DNA from: Moniliella sp. 'wahieum'
Lineage: Eukaryota
Direction of reading: 5' to 3'
Length of the DNA: 64,000 nt
NCBI GenBank assembly: GCA_003971905.1
Contig: RSEE01000007.1
Location: 744,001-808,000 of the forward strand
In this document: positions 1 through 12,687 of the stretch, one piece after another
Layout of the letters: each line of letters begins with the position of its first letter
Position numbering within the stretch: the first letter of the stretch is position 1
Made by a program: the position numbers and the translations under genes
Notes under the pieces: model-generated
Databases searched by the model: none
Told to the model about the DNA's origin: nothing
Seen by the model: only the letters and a program-made list of their open reading frames with translations

Positions 1-2750
1 CTCTTCATCGAGTCCTGATGAGGGCGTTCCCCCCAAAGCGCAGGAGGAAGGAGTGACACCCAACCCCCCTATCAAGTCGAGGTGATTAGGGAAACGAGTC
101 AAGGTACTGCTCTGCCATCGGGTGACGACCTTCCAATAAAGGGGTCAGTTCACATTCCCTCTCTTCTTTGCTGTAAGAGAAACAAACCGTTGACGACGTG
201 AAGCACGTTTTCCTCTACCAACTTGGGCCGCACGTAATTGTGATCGCGCGCCACCATTGCAAAGGAAATCAAGCTGCAGCACAGAGTTGTAGCGCATACT
301 CTTTTGATCAGACGGAGAGAACAAGGGATAGGGCGTGCGTACCAGTCCAATTGGGCAATGCCTGAGCTGCCTGAAGAAGCTTGTGTTGACGTTGTACCAC
401 CTGGTTGTGCAGCTCTTCAAGAATCTCTACCTCACGATCAGTGATGGCGGTATGAAGGTCGCCAACCTAGGAAACGGGTATGGTCAGTCACATCAACTTC
501 AAAGCCCCCTGCCATTTACGGCCTTTCCACTGGGAAGTACTCACATGCTCATCCATCTCCTCCATTTCTCGTGCTTGTGGATGACCGTCAACTCGGACTC
601 GTGCAGAAACAAAGGGGGGAGAAACAGGGGGGACATACACTTGTAGAATACTTCCACGTTGCTTGTGAACGTAAACCGGAGCCCATCAATCTCAGGGAGC
701 GTGTCCATGTCGGTTGCAACGTCCGAACCATCATCCATCTCGCCGCGCTGCAATCGAACCCAGTTCCGCAGCTCTTGGATCGGGAGGGAGATAAAGTACC
801 CCAACTGGGGAAATATTGGACTTGCATCCTTCCCACGGTCCACATCATGGTCAATCTCACCACACATTTTTTCCCTCAGATCCATCATGTATATCGGAAT
901 CGACGTACACCTCAGCAAACTCACGATCACCTTGTCCCGCACCGAGCGGCCACCGAGGCAAGCAACTCGGGTAAGTCCTCGAACGCTTCACGGAGGTTAT
1001 CTAAGTCCTGGTCGATACCCCCACGTATACCACGTTTCGCTCCTGCGCGCTAAAAGAGAAGATGTAGGGAGGAAAGGTCAGCAAAGCAAAGTTCTTTGTG
1101 GAAACAACTGATACCGCCTTTGTACCTTTCGGTCCAATCGATCACGTTGAGCAGCCGCTCCAGTGTGTGTAAGGGTACTGGGTCAATCGAAGCATGCAAC
1201 TGGGAATGTTGTACCGTCAGAAACATGTCATGGCATCAAGACACCTGATTGGACTAAAGGGACCCACCGAAGCAAGCAAGGGCGCCTGAGAAACAAAGGT
1301 GGCCAAAGTACAATGCGCTTCCATGGCTACGGTGCAGAACTTGTGTACTTTTTTCCACGTTGACAGAGACACGTTTCCCTCGGCTAAGCTCCCCGTCAAG
1401 AGCGAAGGAGACGGCCAACGCCGCCAGCTGCGTCCGCAGCAGCTGCACCTCATCCCGCCCACGCAGCCCCGCCAAGACCTCAACTGCATCCAGACGCGCA
1501 GTGATCAACGCCGCATCCGTGGATGGAAAGGCGAGCCAGCGCCGCAAAAGGCTCCGGCCCGAGGGCGACACGGTTCGATCCAACACGTGGAGCAGCGGCA
1601 GTCCTTCACCCAGGGACGGGGCAGAGTGGAGGACGCCAAGAGCAGTACGAAGGCTGGAAGGGACCATCAAGAGTGAAGTGAGGTGCATGCGCTCCACTTG
1701 GCTGACCAGACCCCCCCCACCTCGCCGTGGGGGGCGAGGCGCAGCGCACGTGGCTCAGGAGCGGGGCAAGCGAAGCGCAGGAAGCGGGCATGCTGTCCAG
1801 CTCGAGGTAGGCGCCCAGAATCAGTTCCCGACCATACAACTCGTCTTGCTCCCCCCGCTCCTGCTCCTGCTCCTCCACTACCTGGGCGACGGAGCCACTG
1901 GTGACTTGTCCTGCGGCCTTCATCTTGAGTGTGAGAAGCTTGGACCGTCCTGCTTGGGTATTGAATTCGCGCGCCGGCTTTATATTTAGTTCTCCATCCC
2001 AGACCTGGACTGTGAAGGCAAAAGTCAGTCCTGTACAGGTCGTAAAGAAAAAAACGCGAGGGACGTACGTGCGGTGCGGATGTCTTCGGCATGCTCGTAC
2101 GACACGGCCGAGCTAAGGAGAACGATGGTTGGGCGGCACTGCTCCAATACTAAGTGAAGAAGTTAGTGCTGATCGCAATATGGATGGAGCGTTGACACGC
2201 CAAGGCAGCGATGGGGGAAGGCGCATGTACTCATGTTAATCGTGTCTTTCTCGCGGGGAAAGTCGGAGGCGGGAAGAGGCAAATTGGTCTGGCCTGTTGT
2301 GGGTCCGGAGCAAGACCAAAGTCCGAAGAATGGGCACCAAGAAGGGTATCCGGAAGCATTGTCAGCGTGCGCGACGCGCCATGCCAGACCGAGGCACCCA
2401 CAGCGCCTTGCTGGATGGAAAGCGATACAAGCGTCGGCAACTCCACCTCCGGCTGCTCTTGCTCCTCTTCGTTCGCATGGTCGTCGGAAGAGTGGCATGC
2501 TCATGGACGCGTCATGGCCCACCTCAACCTCCGTTGCATCCGCATCGCTGTGCCTCGGCTCCTGAGGACGACGAAGGTCAATACGTTGGAGCCACAAGGG
2601 CTGCGAGTCGGATGACGGACTGTCCTGACGAGGGCGAGAGGCGTCCCAGGCAATGGCTGGGGACTGTTCAAAGCGAGATTGGGGGCGACGAGGCGAAGCC
2701 GCAGTTGAAGAGCCTTCATGCGAAGGTAGGAATAGCGGTGTTTGCGGCAT
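1..2750 (-). CDS. MSH5: MutS homolog 5 (meiotic), multi-exon, 3' end outside window
   Basis: Fragments include LLHVLDRTVSPSGRSLLRRWLAFP (MutS domain III), FPQLGYFISLP and SFAMVARDHNYVRPKLVEENVLHVVNG, which match MSH5-type MutS proteins. The start (ATG 2750) is uncertain. Confidence 0.8.
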
Positions 2751-2845
2751 GGATCTATTGGAGATGTGAATGGCTTCCGTTGTGGTGGCAGGTAACCTGA
2801 AGAAGGAAAAGGCAGCAACACATTTCAAGGATGGGTCTGCCATAC

Positions 2846-2945
2846 GGTCGGATGGTCTAGCTGGTCATGACGTACGCTTCACATCCTGGAGCAACAGGTC
2901 TCGTTGAGACGCGTAAGGTCCCCGGTTCGATCCCGGGTTCGATCA
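2846..2945 (+). tRNA. tRNA-Val(CAC) with 26-nt intron (2884-2909)
   Basis: Acceptor GGTCGGA/TTCGATC, anticodon stem TACGC/GCGTA, CAC at 2880-2882, T-arm CCCGG-TTCGATC-CCGGG, T-run terminator downstream. Confidence 0.95.
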
Positions 2946-3481
2946 ATTTTTGGCTTTCCAAGCAAGAAATATTGATGTCCGAACCGTGAGTTGTTTTTGA
3001 CCAGGTTCGCCCGTATCCCTTGAAGCTAGCTTGACCCCTTGGCAACATAGTCGTCACCACTCAATCCACCAGTCCCATCCACTTCTCCATCATGCATCAC
3101 CCGCACGTGGGCGAGAGGGAGCCCGCTTGCGCGGGGTAACATCACATTAAGGCGCATGGCAAGCTCGGCGTCCTGAGTTATAGCGCACGGGGCCAACTCC
3201 AATGCCCTATCGCGTCCAGGACAAATGAAGACAAAACGTCCCTGCTACCAGTCAGATTAACGATCTACTTTGTTTCCCGCCCCCCAAGAAGGGTTCCCAC
3301 CAATATAGGCACATCGACGGCAAGTACATAAATGAAGTGTGTCATCAACAAGGAATGGGCCGAGCCCAGGGGGATTACTGGGTACCACAGCAAGGCCAAG
3401 GGGTGAGGGAATAGATATGCAAAGGGGAGAGAGAGTTATGCAGCGTCCTTTTGTCCGAAAGCGTACGCTCAACTTATGCGT

Positions 3482-6337
3482 TCAAAGCAGGCGAGGCGGA
3501 GGGTTGGGCGGCCGTAGCGAGCTGCAGTTGGGGTTCGGTGCCTTCACCCGAGGGAGAATGAGGTTTCCTTCGGAGTCCTCAGCGAGCGGGAGGGTGTCTT
3601 CCGGGTCGGCAGCGGCGGCAGCCTCGACGGCACTGGCCAAGTCGAGGTGGAAGAGCGGGGTGAGATCGTTGTCCCATACAATGGGGACTTGGACTTCGCC
3701 CTCGTCCTCGTCCTCTTCGTCCTCCTCAATGTCGCGCGGGAGTTGAGCAATGGCATCCGCATCGGCGTGGGCAGGGTCCGAGGCCAGGTCGGCCTCAAGG
3801 TCGGCCTGTTTCCTCTGGGCGGCCGATAACTTGAGGTACTCGTCTGAGTACTGGTCCCCATCGAGGTGGAACAGGCTCGAGTCGGGGGGTGGCCGCTGGT
3901 TGGCTCGTCGGAAGGCACGGTCGCGCAGGGCCATGATCCGTGCAATGCCCTTTTTGCGTCGCCTGTCTTCATCCGCGCGTCGTTGTGGCTCTTCTGCCAG
4001 CGCGACCGGCGTCGCATTGGGCACGACGGGGGCCACTTCGACCACGTGCTTGCGGGCCATGCCCGTGCCAAAGCCGCCGGCCAAGAGGCGCGGCGGATCC
4101 AGGGGGACAAATGTTGGCAAAGTGAAACTCAATGGGCGCGTCGGCGTAGATCTCGACGGTCCTTCGTACGTCGACCAAGGCCTGAATGGAGGTGGTATCC
4201 ACATTGCCCACACAAGAAAAGTCAAACACAAACGCGCGTAGCAACGGGCGCGAATCGGCCGGGGTATCCGTCCGGTTTTCCTCGGCAATCTTCTGATCAA
4301 TCTCGGCCTTTTTGTGTCCAGTGAGGAATCCGGTCGCACGACGCAGCCAAGGCTGCATCGGGCCCGGGTTATTCCACGGACGGTCGCCACGGGACGCATA
4401 GTTGGGCGGTTTGCCAGGACGGGTTAACAGCTTGGCCCGCTCAATCAGCCCATCTGAAAGGTGAGAAGCATTGGGGTAGAGGTACGCTTCTTCGAAACGG
4501 TACACCAGGACACCGGGTGGAGGGGGCTCGACATGCACCGACGGGTCGCGGAGCGCATCCTTCGAATCCAGCGGAACAAACACACTCGTTCATCGGGACG
4601 ACCGCCATCGTGCGAAGAGCGCCGCGAACGGTACGACCATGCCCCGGAACCAGCGACGGTGGTGCGAGAGCGGGTAAAGGCCGACCGGTTGTCGCCGTGG
4701 GAAACACGCACCATGCCGAGCCAGCGGCCACGAGGACGGGCAATTCGGATCAAGAGCAACGCTGCCGAAGCAGCAACAGAGGTGTACACACCATTGTCCA
4801 CCGAGGTGAAGACGGTAACCATGACCGAGGCGAACCAGATGACCAACTCGAGTGGGCTCATGAGCCAGTAGCGGTACAGCGTAGCCGGGGACGTGATCAG
4901 GTCGCCGACGGCATGGATGATGACGGCACTCAGGGCCGCATTGGGAATCCACTGCATCACGCCCGTCAGACCGTAGATGGCAATCAGAACCCCAATGCCC
5001 GTGATCCAGCCAGCGACGGGAGTCTTGACACCCGACTTGGCCTTGATGGCCGAGCGGCTGAAACTGCCCGTGGCAGCGTACGCACCAAAGAAGGGACTAA
5101 ACACATTGGTGACACCAATGGCGATCAGCTCCTGGGAAGGCACAACAGTGTAGTTGTTGATGCGACCAAAGGATTTGGCAATCGAAATGTGTTCGAGGAG
5201 GAGAACAATGATCGACACGGGGAGCTTGCTTCCAAGTTTGCCCAAGAGGCGGGTGTCCAGGTTGGGCTTGCCCATATCTTTGAATCCACGAGGAATGGGC
5301 CCGAGCAGCGAGATGGGCAGTTTCTTTTCGTGGTCGTTGCCAAGCCAAATACGAGCAGCAACGAGAAGAACAATGATCACAAAGGCATTCCGAAGGATGG
5401 TGCAGAAAAAGGAGAAGCGGGCCATGTGGGGGTAACGGGTCGGGAGCCACTTGAAGAACCAACGGATAAAGTACAGCATGAACAAGGCTGGCAGGCCAAA
5501 CGCTGCGTCCAAAGTGGTGTCCCCCAAATGTTTGAGTGTCTCGATTACGATCTTGTAGCACGGAAGCGTATTGGCGTGGACAGCTGAGATGCCCATCAGC
5601 TTGGGCACCTGCCCAATACCAATGGTCAGAGCTGAGCCCGTCATAAATCCGGCAATAGCGGTACTGGGGATATAGTCGATGATCCACCCGAGGCGGAGCA
5701 CACCGAGGCCGAGGGTGACCACGCCGCAGATGAAGGCAAGAGCTGAGGCAATCTCCTGCGGCGACCATTCATCGGTTTGGTGCAGTACATGCTGGATAAC
5801 AGAGTGAGTTTCGAGCGACATGACAGCAACGGGGCCAATGGTCACATCTTTAGCCGTAGCAAAGAGGGCGTAGATCATGACTCCGACAAACGAGGTGTAA
5901 AGACCGAATTGAGACTCGAGGCCAGCCACGGCGGCGTAACTGACACTTTGGGGGACGAGGACAAGGCAGACAGTGATGCCGGCAATCATGTCGCCGGTGA
6001 ACCAGTTCAAGTTGTACGAGCCAAGCCAGTGGCGAATAGGAAAGAGTGAGTCGAGATATTTGGTCGCCTGAAAGAAAAGTCAGCAATGTGAGGAGGAGGA
6101 AACAGAACGACTGTGTTACACACCATCGCGCCGGGGTTAGAAAAAACATCGCGGAACCAGTCGTTGACAGAGACGGTCTGGACGCCAAGGCGGTGGTACT
6201 CGAGACCGTCGTAGTCGACGATTTTCTTGCCAACCTTGAGGGCGGCGTCGCGCAGCGGCGGGAGCGACTGGAGGGCGCGTCGACGGGTGGAGCAGCAGCG
6301 AAGTGGCGCTGGCGCGCCTCCTGCTGGACGCGGGGAA

Positions 6338-6373
<36 letters not shown>

Positions 6374-6401
6374 CCGCGAATCCCTTGGACTCGAGCGACA
6401 T
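3482..6401 (-). CDS. SUL1: SulP/SLC26 sulfate permease with STAS domain
   Basis: GDMIAGITVCLVLVPQSVSYA, GPVAVMSL, QELIAIGVTN, TGSFSRSAI; STAS motifs VLVYRFEEAYLYPNA and FDFSCVGNVDTTSIQAL; C-terminal TPLFHLDL. Contains an intron and frameshifts. Confidence 0.92.
6338..6373 (-). repeat. Coding hexanucleotide microsatellite (GCGTCT)6, encoding a TQ repeat in the permease N-terminus
   Basis: Direct reading: gcgtctgcgtctgcgtct... Confidence 0.9.
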
Positions 6402-7320
6402 GGCAGGCAGAAGAGGAGGGGGTGGCGAGGAGAAGAGACAGGAGTAGTGGAGGTGATGGTGGAGGGTATAAGACGCAGAGCAGCCTCGAATTCTGCGGCT
6501 GTCCTCAGTGGTGTTCTTCGGCCGACAGGGGGCGAGAACGGTGAGACGAGAGCGCGAGGGCGGGGGCGTCTGAGTACTCAGGTACTCAGACAGATGACTG
6601 CTGAGGCGCTCAGGCGAGAGTGGAGTGGTGTTGGCAGCGATGAGGAAAGCCAAGCCCACCTCTTCCGAAGACGCCCATCCGGCCATCTTTTTTGAGCGCC
6701 CAGCGCCACGCCGCAGGCTGCATCAGTGCATCAGCGGGCAGGGCGGGACCAAGTCTGGATCGCTCGTGCCTGGGATTGAGGCCGCGGCTGAGGCGCTGGG
6801 CATGCCCGTCGTGGTTGCCGGTGAGCCCAATTGCGTCTTGTCCAACACCGCCGAGCACGCCATGCCCCCCCCTGGTGGCCAATTCCGCCCCCATTCCGCC
6901 CCAACGCCACTGTCGGAAGCGATTGCGCGATGCGAGCGGCGTATCTCCGCTGCTCAGACACAACTGTCTCGAAAAGTAGTAACTCGAAACCCGCCACTGC
7001 GGCTGCCTCTTCGCAATTCTGGGCTGGGCCACCACCCAATCGATCACCATTCTCATCTCCGCTCGACGTCCACCCCAGCATGGGGGCAGCACAAGCCCTT
7101 CAACAACCAACATGGCTTCTCGCAACTGGGAACTGCCATGTGACAAAAGATGCTGGAACCTGCTTGCTTGGTGCCATCGAGAGCTGCTCCTGCCAATCTC
7201 AGCGATTTTTCTTTGGGCTATCGACTATCCGATGACCAATGGGCCGTAATTAATCGACTTGCAGGTAAAACAGGGAAAACGTCCCCACCAGATTTGCATC
7301 TACTGAGAGGACGTAACCAT

Positions 7321-7412
7321 GGGTTCGTGGTGTAGTGGTATCATGCCTCTTTAGGGTGAGCGCATCTGCTTTCTCGTAGAGGTGGTCCTCGGTTCGATCC
7401 CGGGCGGACCCC
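7321..7412 (+). tRNA. tRNA-Pro(AGG) with 20-nt intron (7357-7376)
   Basis: Acceptor GGGTTCG/CGGACCC, anticodon stem CCTCT/AGAGG, AGG at 7353-7355, T-arm CTCGG-TTCGATC-CCGGG, TTTTT downstream. Confidence 0.93.
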
Positions 7413-8370
7413 ATTTTTACCTTAGGGTCTCGTTTTTCTCACTCTGGTTCCAGTTATCACTCGTTTTCAGGACCAACATTGCCCTCTCGTGCATGTCATC
7501 GTCTCGTCAAACCACCCTTTGATGTCGCGCGTCATCGAAACCGACGGAACCGATGACGCGGACTGCGTGCTTTCTCTAATAAACAAAGGGTGTGATGGAC
7601 GGGACAAAAGCCCGCGGTGGGTCTGGACCATCATATTTTGGCGAAAGTTCACTAGTTCTCAGATCTCACTCCGCACTGGCAGTAGAAGAGGAACCCACCA
7701 CAATCAAAGTGCATGAATGCAAGACGCGACCCATACTACCGTCGGGCCGCATGCATGTCCGCATTTTGCACTCCAACCAGCACAGGCCAACACCCTGTCC
7801 ACAGGCGACCAAGTTCGCTGGCGTGGTCGGTCTAACTCACTCGTTTTCGTTAGCATTGGCGCCCATGCGCTGTGCCTTTCCATCCCACTTCCGAGGTAAC
7901 ACAAAGGGGAAGGGGCACCATACAGGCACCACACCTCTGTCTGGGCACCGAGTCACCTCAGAGGAATGCGTAATCGGTTCCATTTCTCTTCTTTCACACA
8001 ATAGCTGTGTAGGGGTACAAGAGAAGACTCGAGAGCGACGCAAACGCACCAGGAAAACTAGGAGGAAAGTATGTAGTCAATGGAATCGTTCGATTGGCTC
8101 GATGGGTACAGAGGAGAAAGTGTCGAAGGGGAAGAGAGCAGGAAAAAGGGGAGTTGGGTTTTGTTAGCGTTCGTGATCGATCGTGATCGTCGTGGTCAAG
8201 CATCCGCCAAAGAGGGGGTATAAAGAGAAGGAGAGGGAAAGAGAAACAGTGGAGGGGCTCGGCGCACACCTGCCGATCCAAAGTATATACCGTCAGGCAC
8301 ATCCTCAGGCATATCATGCGCCACACCCCCAAATGGACGGATATATTCCTCCATCATCAGGCACACACTT

Positions 8371-10816
8371 TCAGGCACACATTTCTCCATCATCGACATC
8401 ATGAGGAGCTTCAATAAGCTGCAGTGTCATCATGTCATCCGGCACATTTACCAGGCCGCAATGCCCTCTCAACGGTTCGTTTTTTGTAGAGGAGGGGGAG
8501 GGATAAAGTACACATAGGCACCGCCCTACCCGGTCGGGAGGGAAGAAAGAACAAAGTACGGAGCCGGGTGAACTGAGAGGCTGAACAGGTGGGGCCCTAC
8601 TGTGTGGCCCCGATCCGGCTGCACTTGTCTCGAGGCTCAGGAACACGAGCGTCTGCCCGATCAAGAGGGGACAGTATGGGGGTTGGGGTTCGGAACAGCC
8701 TGGCAACCTTCCTCCATCATACCAAGGTGGCTGGGTAAGTCCGCCGTGGTTCGGCACCTGAACAGGGAGACGTGCCAGAGCGCGTACGGGCAAGAGGGCC
8801 GAGGTACAGTGCCGCGGCCTGGTCCAGGTGGATAGTGAACAAGGCCGCACCGACTCGCTCCACGTCCGAGGCAGGGAAGAACCCGCGTCTAATAGGCGGG
8901 TTGAGAACGAGGGCGAGCACGTTGTGGGAGAGGTACGCAGTCATCGGGTTAGCGGGTTGGGTGGGAGTGGGATTGACGAGCGTGGCAGCCCATACGTTTT
9001 CTACACCCTCGCATCCCTCAGGGGCAAGGTGAGGAAGGGTAAAGAGGCGAGGCTCGCTGTGGGCTTGGGCGGGATCGGGCAGCAAGAGTAGGATAGGTGC
9101 GGTATAATGGGGTGTGGCCCATAGGATAGTGTGGTTCGCCAGGGCTACGGCGCAGCGGGCTGCGTTGGCACCTGCAGCGCGGATGTAGTCGGAAACGCAC
9201 TCGAGGAAGGAGGAGGGAGAAGAACGGGAAGAGGCGTCTCTGTGTTGAAACGGAAACTCTGAATTTAAGGTGACATCGAAGGAACGACGAGAGTGGACGC
9301 CCTGAGGGACGCAGATGACATGGTGAATGGTAGGCTGAGTGATTGGGTCGGTGAGGAAGACGCGGTAGTCGCGCAGAACAAAGACACCGTTGGCTCCAGC
9401 GGAAAGGAGCGTTCCGTCTGATGGGGAGAGAGCCAAACTACCAGTCATGTCTGGCAACGTATCTTCCATTTCTTCGTCCGAATAGGGAATACAGGGGAGA
9501 TGTTGAAGTCGCCGACCGTTAGGGTGCTCATTGGGCGCATCCATGGCAATTAGGACAGTTGCTCTTGGTTCAGAAGAATTGGCAGGGGAAAGCCGACCTG
9601 TACGTGAACTCCACAAGGGGATACCATTGTCCATCGAAACAGCTGTCGTGTTTCCCAGCCAAGTCCCTAACCCCCGAATAGTTCTCCAGCGCTGGAAGGA
9701 GAAAAAGAGAAGACGAGTGTGGACATCAAATGCGAGAGCTCGAATAATAAACTCATCCCTGCTCTATCGTGTAAGTCGCTGCTCCTTACATTTATTCACA
9801 AAACGAGGGGCTGCTGGTCAACGGAGGGATGGGTAAGGGAGGAAGAAGAACGTACGTGGGAAGCAGCCCCATGGCTGGACCTGTCTTTTTCACCGCTTCG
9901 GTTAGGTCGACCGACTCGACATAGGTCTTCGTATCTACATTGTATACCACGACTCCGACTGGCCACTCGTCCATGTCACTCATAGAAAACGAGTTGGGTG
10001 CGACGGCCAATAACGGCGCGCAGAAGTACGCCGGACCAAACGGGCCTAACAAGCGATCCATCAAGGTTGTGAGATGATTTATCTCATCACCGAGGCGCAC
10101 CTTGCCCTGGAACTCGAATTGCCCCTTTCCCCTCTCCGTGGCAGAGGGAGAAGAGGAAGATGTCGCAGCCTCTACATCGGGACACTTCCAATATCCAGTT
10201 GGTACCACTGCTCCAAGAAGCCAACGTCTGCCATGCAGCAGTCAGTCGCACTTTGTCAAGGGACGATGTGGAACATACGCACGGTGGTACAGCATCAGGA
10301 TGTACCCGTCTCCCGCGAGGCACGTTGTATGCATATTGGAACATTTTTGACGGTGCATCCACGTGCGCTCGTGGGTACACAAGTCGACCGTCCAGACCAC
10401 GGTGTGATCAGGGCCATCAGGGCCCCAGAGGGCGAGCACGTTGGGACTGGGAGACCCAGCGACTTGAACGTGGGGGGGGGCGCTCTTCTCCTTGCAGATT
10501 GGGCGATGGATGCAGGAGAAATTTTTTGGATGTCACTGAGATCTGGGAGGAGGGGAGGGACAAATTCGCCCGAGGTGGTCCTTCCCAGTTGACGGGAGCG
10601 CAATTCGTGTCCGAGGGTGACGGTCCGCCAGGTATCATTGGGTTGTTTCGTGAGATGGTGGGTATGGGCAAATGCCTGCCAGTTTACCTCGGACCGTATC
10701 AACTGGTTCCACCCCTTGCTCACGAGGCGAAGACGGCAGGCGTCTGATATGGACAGGACGCCACAGCTGAGGATGTGGACGGCCACCTCGGCGGGGACGC
10801 GTGTGAGGATGTCCAT
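8371..10816 (-). CDS. F-box domain protein (lineage-specific C-terminus)
   Basis: N-terminal MDILTRVPAEVAVHILSCGVLSISDACRLRLVSKGWNQLI fits the F-box consensus. Downstream minus-strand ORFs (9792-10208, 8717-9634) are probably further parts of the same gene; the 3' end is uncertain. Confidence 0.7.
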
Positions 10817-12388
10817 ATACGACGGGGAGGCACAAGAGACGGGCGTCGGGGGGAGGGAGAAGGGGGGAGAGGGAGAAGGGGGGGGGGCGGAACGGGGCCA
10901 AGAGACGTGACACGCGTGACAAGATGGCCCAGGGACTGGCCAGAGTTCGATTGAGAGAACGGGTGGGCGTGTGCGCGAGTGGTGGTACAAAGGCATGGGA
11001 ACCAACAGGGAAACCGAGTGTTTTAACCGCCACACCCGGCGGCGTTGTACTGCGCCCTGGCCGGCCGCGCTAGGGGCGAAAGGGGCAACAGTAAGGCAGT
11101 GTATATGTGGCGCAGCCGCTATAACGCCCTATTAGGGAAGCGGTCTGGGGCATGCTGCATGTCACACGGGTATACTGATGTACTGATGGTCGATTCAACC
11201 TCCTTTCCCCCCGACCTGCTCGCGCTGGTTGACTCAGGGCCCACATCCCGCAGCCGTTGGCCCTATCTGGGGCCGCCACGGGCGGGAATCACATTATTAT
11301 AGCGGTGGCGACCTGCCGTGCGCTATAGACACCAGTGGCAACGGTCCATTTCAGAAAAAGTAACAGAGCTCACGAGGCCCTTGTGTGGGGGGGATATTCT
11401 ACGCCAAGGGCGCCTCAGGGGCGAATTAATGTTTAAGTCCGCACTCTCCGCCTTCTCATGCACTCTAAGATCTAACAGGCATTGTACACACTCTGCATAT
11501 GGCGTGGCGACGGGGGAGGGGTGCTTGGTGGCACCATTTGTCCGGCTTATTGACGTGTGTTATATCATGTTTTGACATCGTGGATTATAGGGAGGATCGT
11601 CTACTGTGGGATGTAGTAGTAGGAAACAGAACCTGGTATAATTGCGGTTCTCCCCGCTCCCCTATATGCGAAAGAGGGACGGGTTGGATTGACAACGTTG
11701 ACATATATTGACTGTGAGTTGAGCCATCGGGTGGCTCGTGCTTTGGCCACAATAATGTCCCTTCAGTTCCTCCTCATGCCTGGGAGTTCTGTTTCTCTCC
11801 TGTTTTTCCTGGTTCAGCAGCTTATAGCCCTGGTGGCGACTTGCTGCTTGATGTTCCTCTGTAGGCGCTGCTGGTGGTTCTTAGACCACCACCACCACCA
11901 GTGCGATTGCATCACCCTCGAGGACCATCTGGACTCCAGAGGTCTCATCATCAGATTGCCCTTTTTACGCAAAACAGCTGTTGTTGTGTGTGCATTGAAC
12001 CTATGGTATTCGCAGGCATCTGCTGTTTGTGGTCCTTGAAATCATATATCGAACTCGGAAGTTATTCGGGCTGAGGCGCTGAGGCCTGCTGGGGACGCAT
12101 TCATGCATGTGGCATTCCAAAGATTAAATAGGAAGAGGGACACCTGAGTACCGTTCATCAACCGCACTCCGCGGAGGCTCTAGAACGAGCGTGGGGGCTT
12201 CCTTTGCTGTTGGGGTAGAAGCAGGCATCTACGCAGTGTACCAGGCTCTGTCCATCCTTTTACACCATCCTCCACTTAGGCGCTTCTAGCTGAGCTGGCC
12301 CATATGGGGATGGAGCCCATTCTGAAAGATCAACGTGATCGCTCAACTGGAGTTGGACTCAAATTGTCTTCCACCAAAGGGATATCAA

Positions 12389-12483
12389 GCTTCAATGGGT
12401 TAGTGGTATACTACATCGTTGCCAGACAGCCCTAGTGCCTGTAAGACATCGATGTGACAGGGGTTCGATTCCCCTTTGAAGCA
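12389..12483 (+). tRNA. tRNA-Gly(GCC) with 24-nt intron (12425-12448)
   Basis: Acceptor GCTTCAA/TTGAAGC, anticodon stem CATCG/CGATG, GCC at 12421-12423, T-arm AGGGG-TTCGATT-CCCCT, T6 terminator. Confidence 0.95.
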
Positions 12484-12687
12484 TTTTTTCTGTCGATGCA
12501 GGAGAGCAAGCACCATGGATCTAGTTTGAGGCGGGCTACGTGGAAGTGGTCCTCTTTGGCTTAGATCGTCCTCTATCCTCCACGTTCCCTATCCCATGTC
12601 AACCACACAACGCCGTTAGCAAGATCAGGAGGTAAGATGGAAAGGCATGCGATTGACGTGGCGGGATGCGATACGATGCGATGCGCA

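Noticed and set aside
4517..5587. Long antisense or overlapping ORFs (also 13866-14759, 25696-26910, 31992-33053)
   Set aside because: These are shadow ORFs expected in GC-rich DNA opposite real genes, with no domain motifs.
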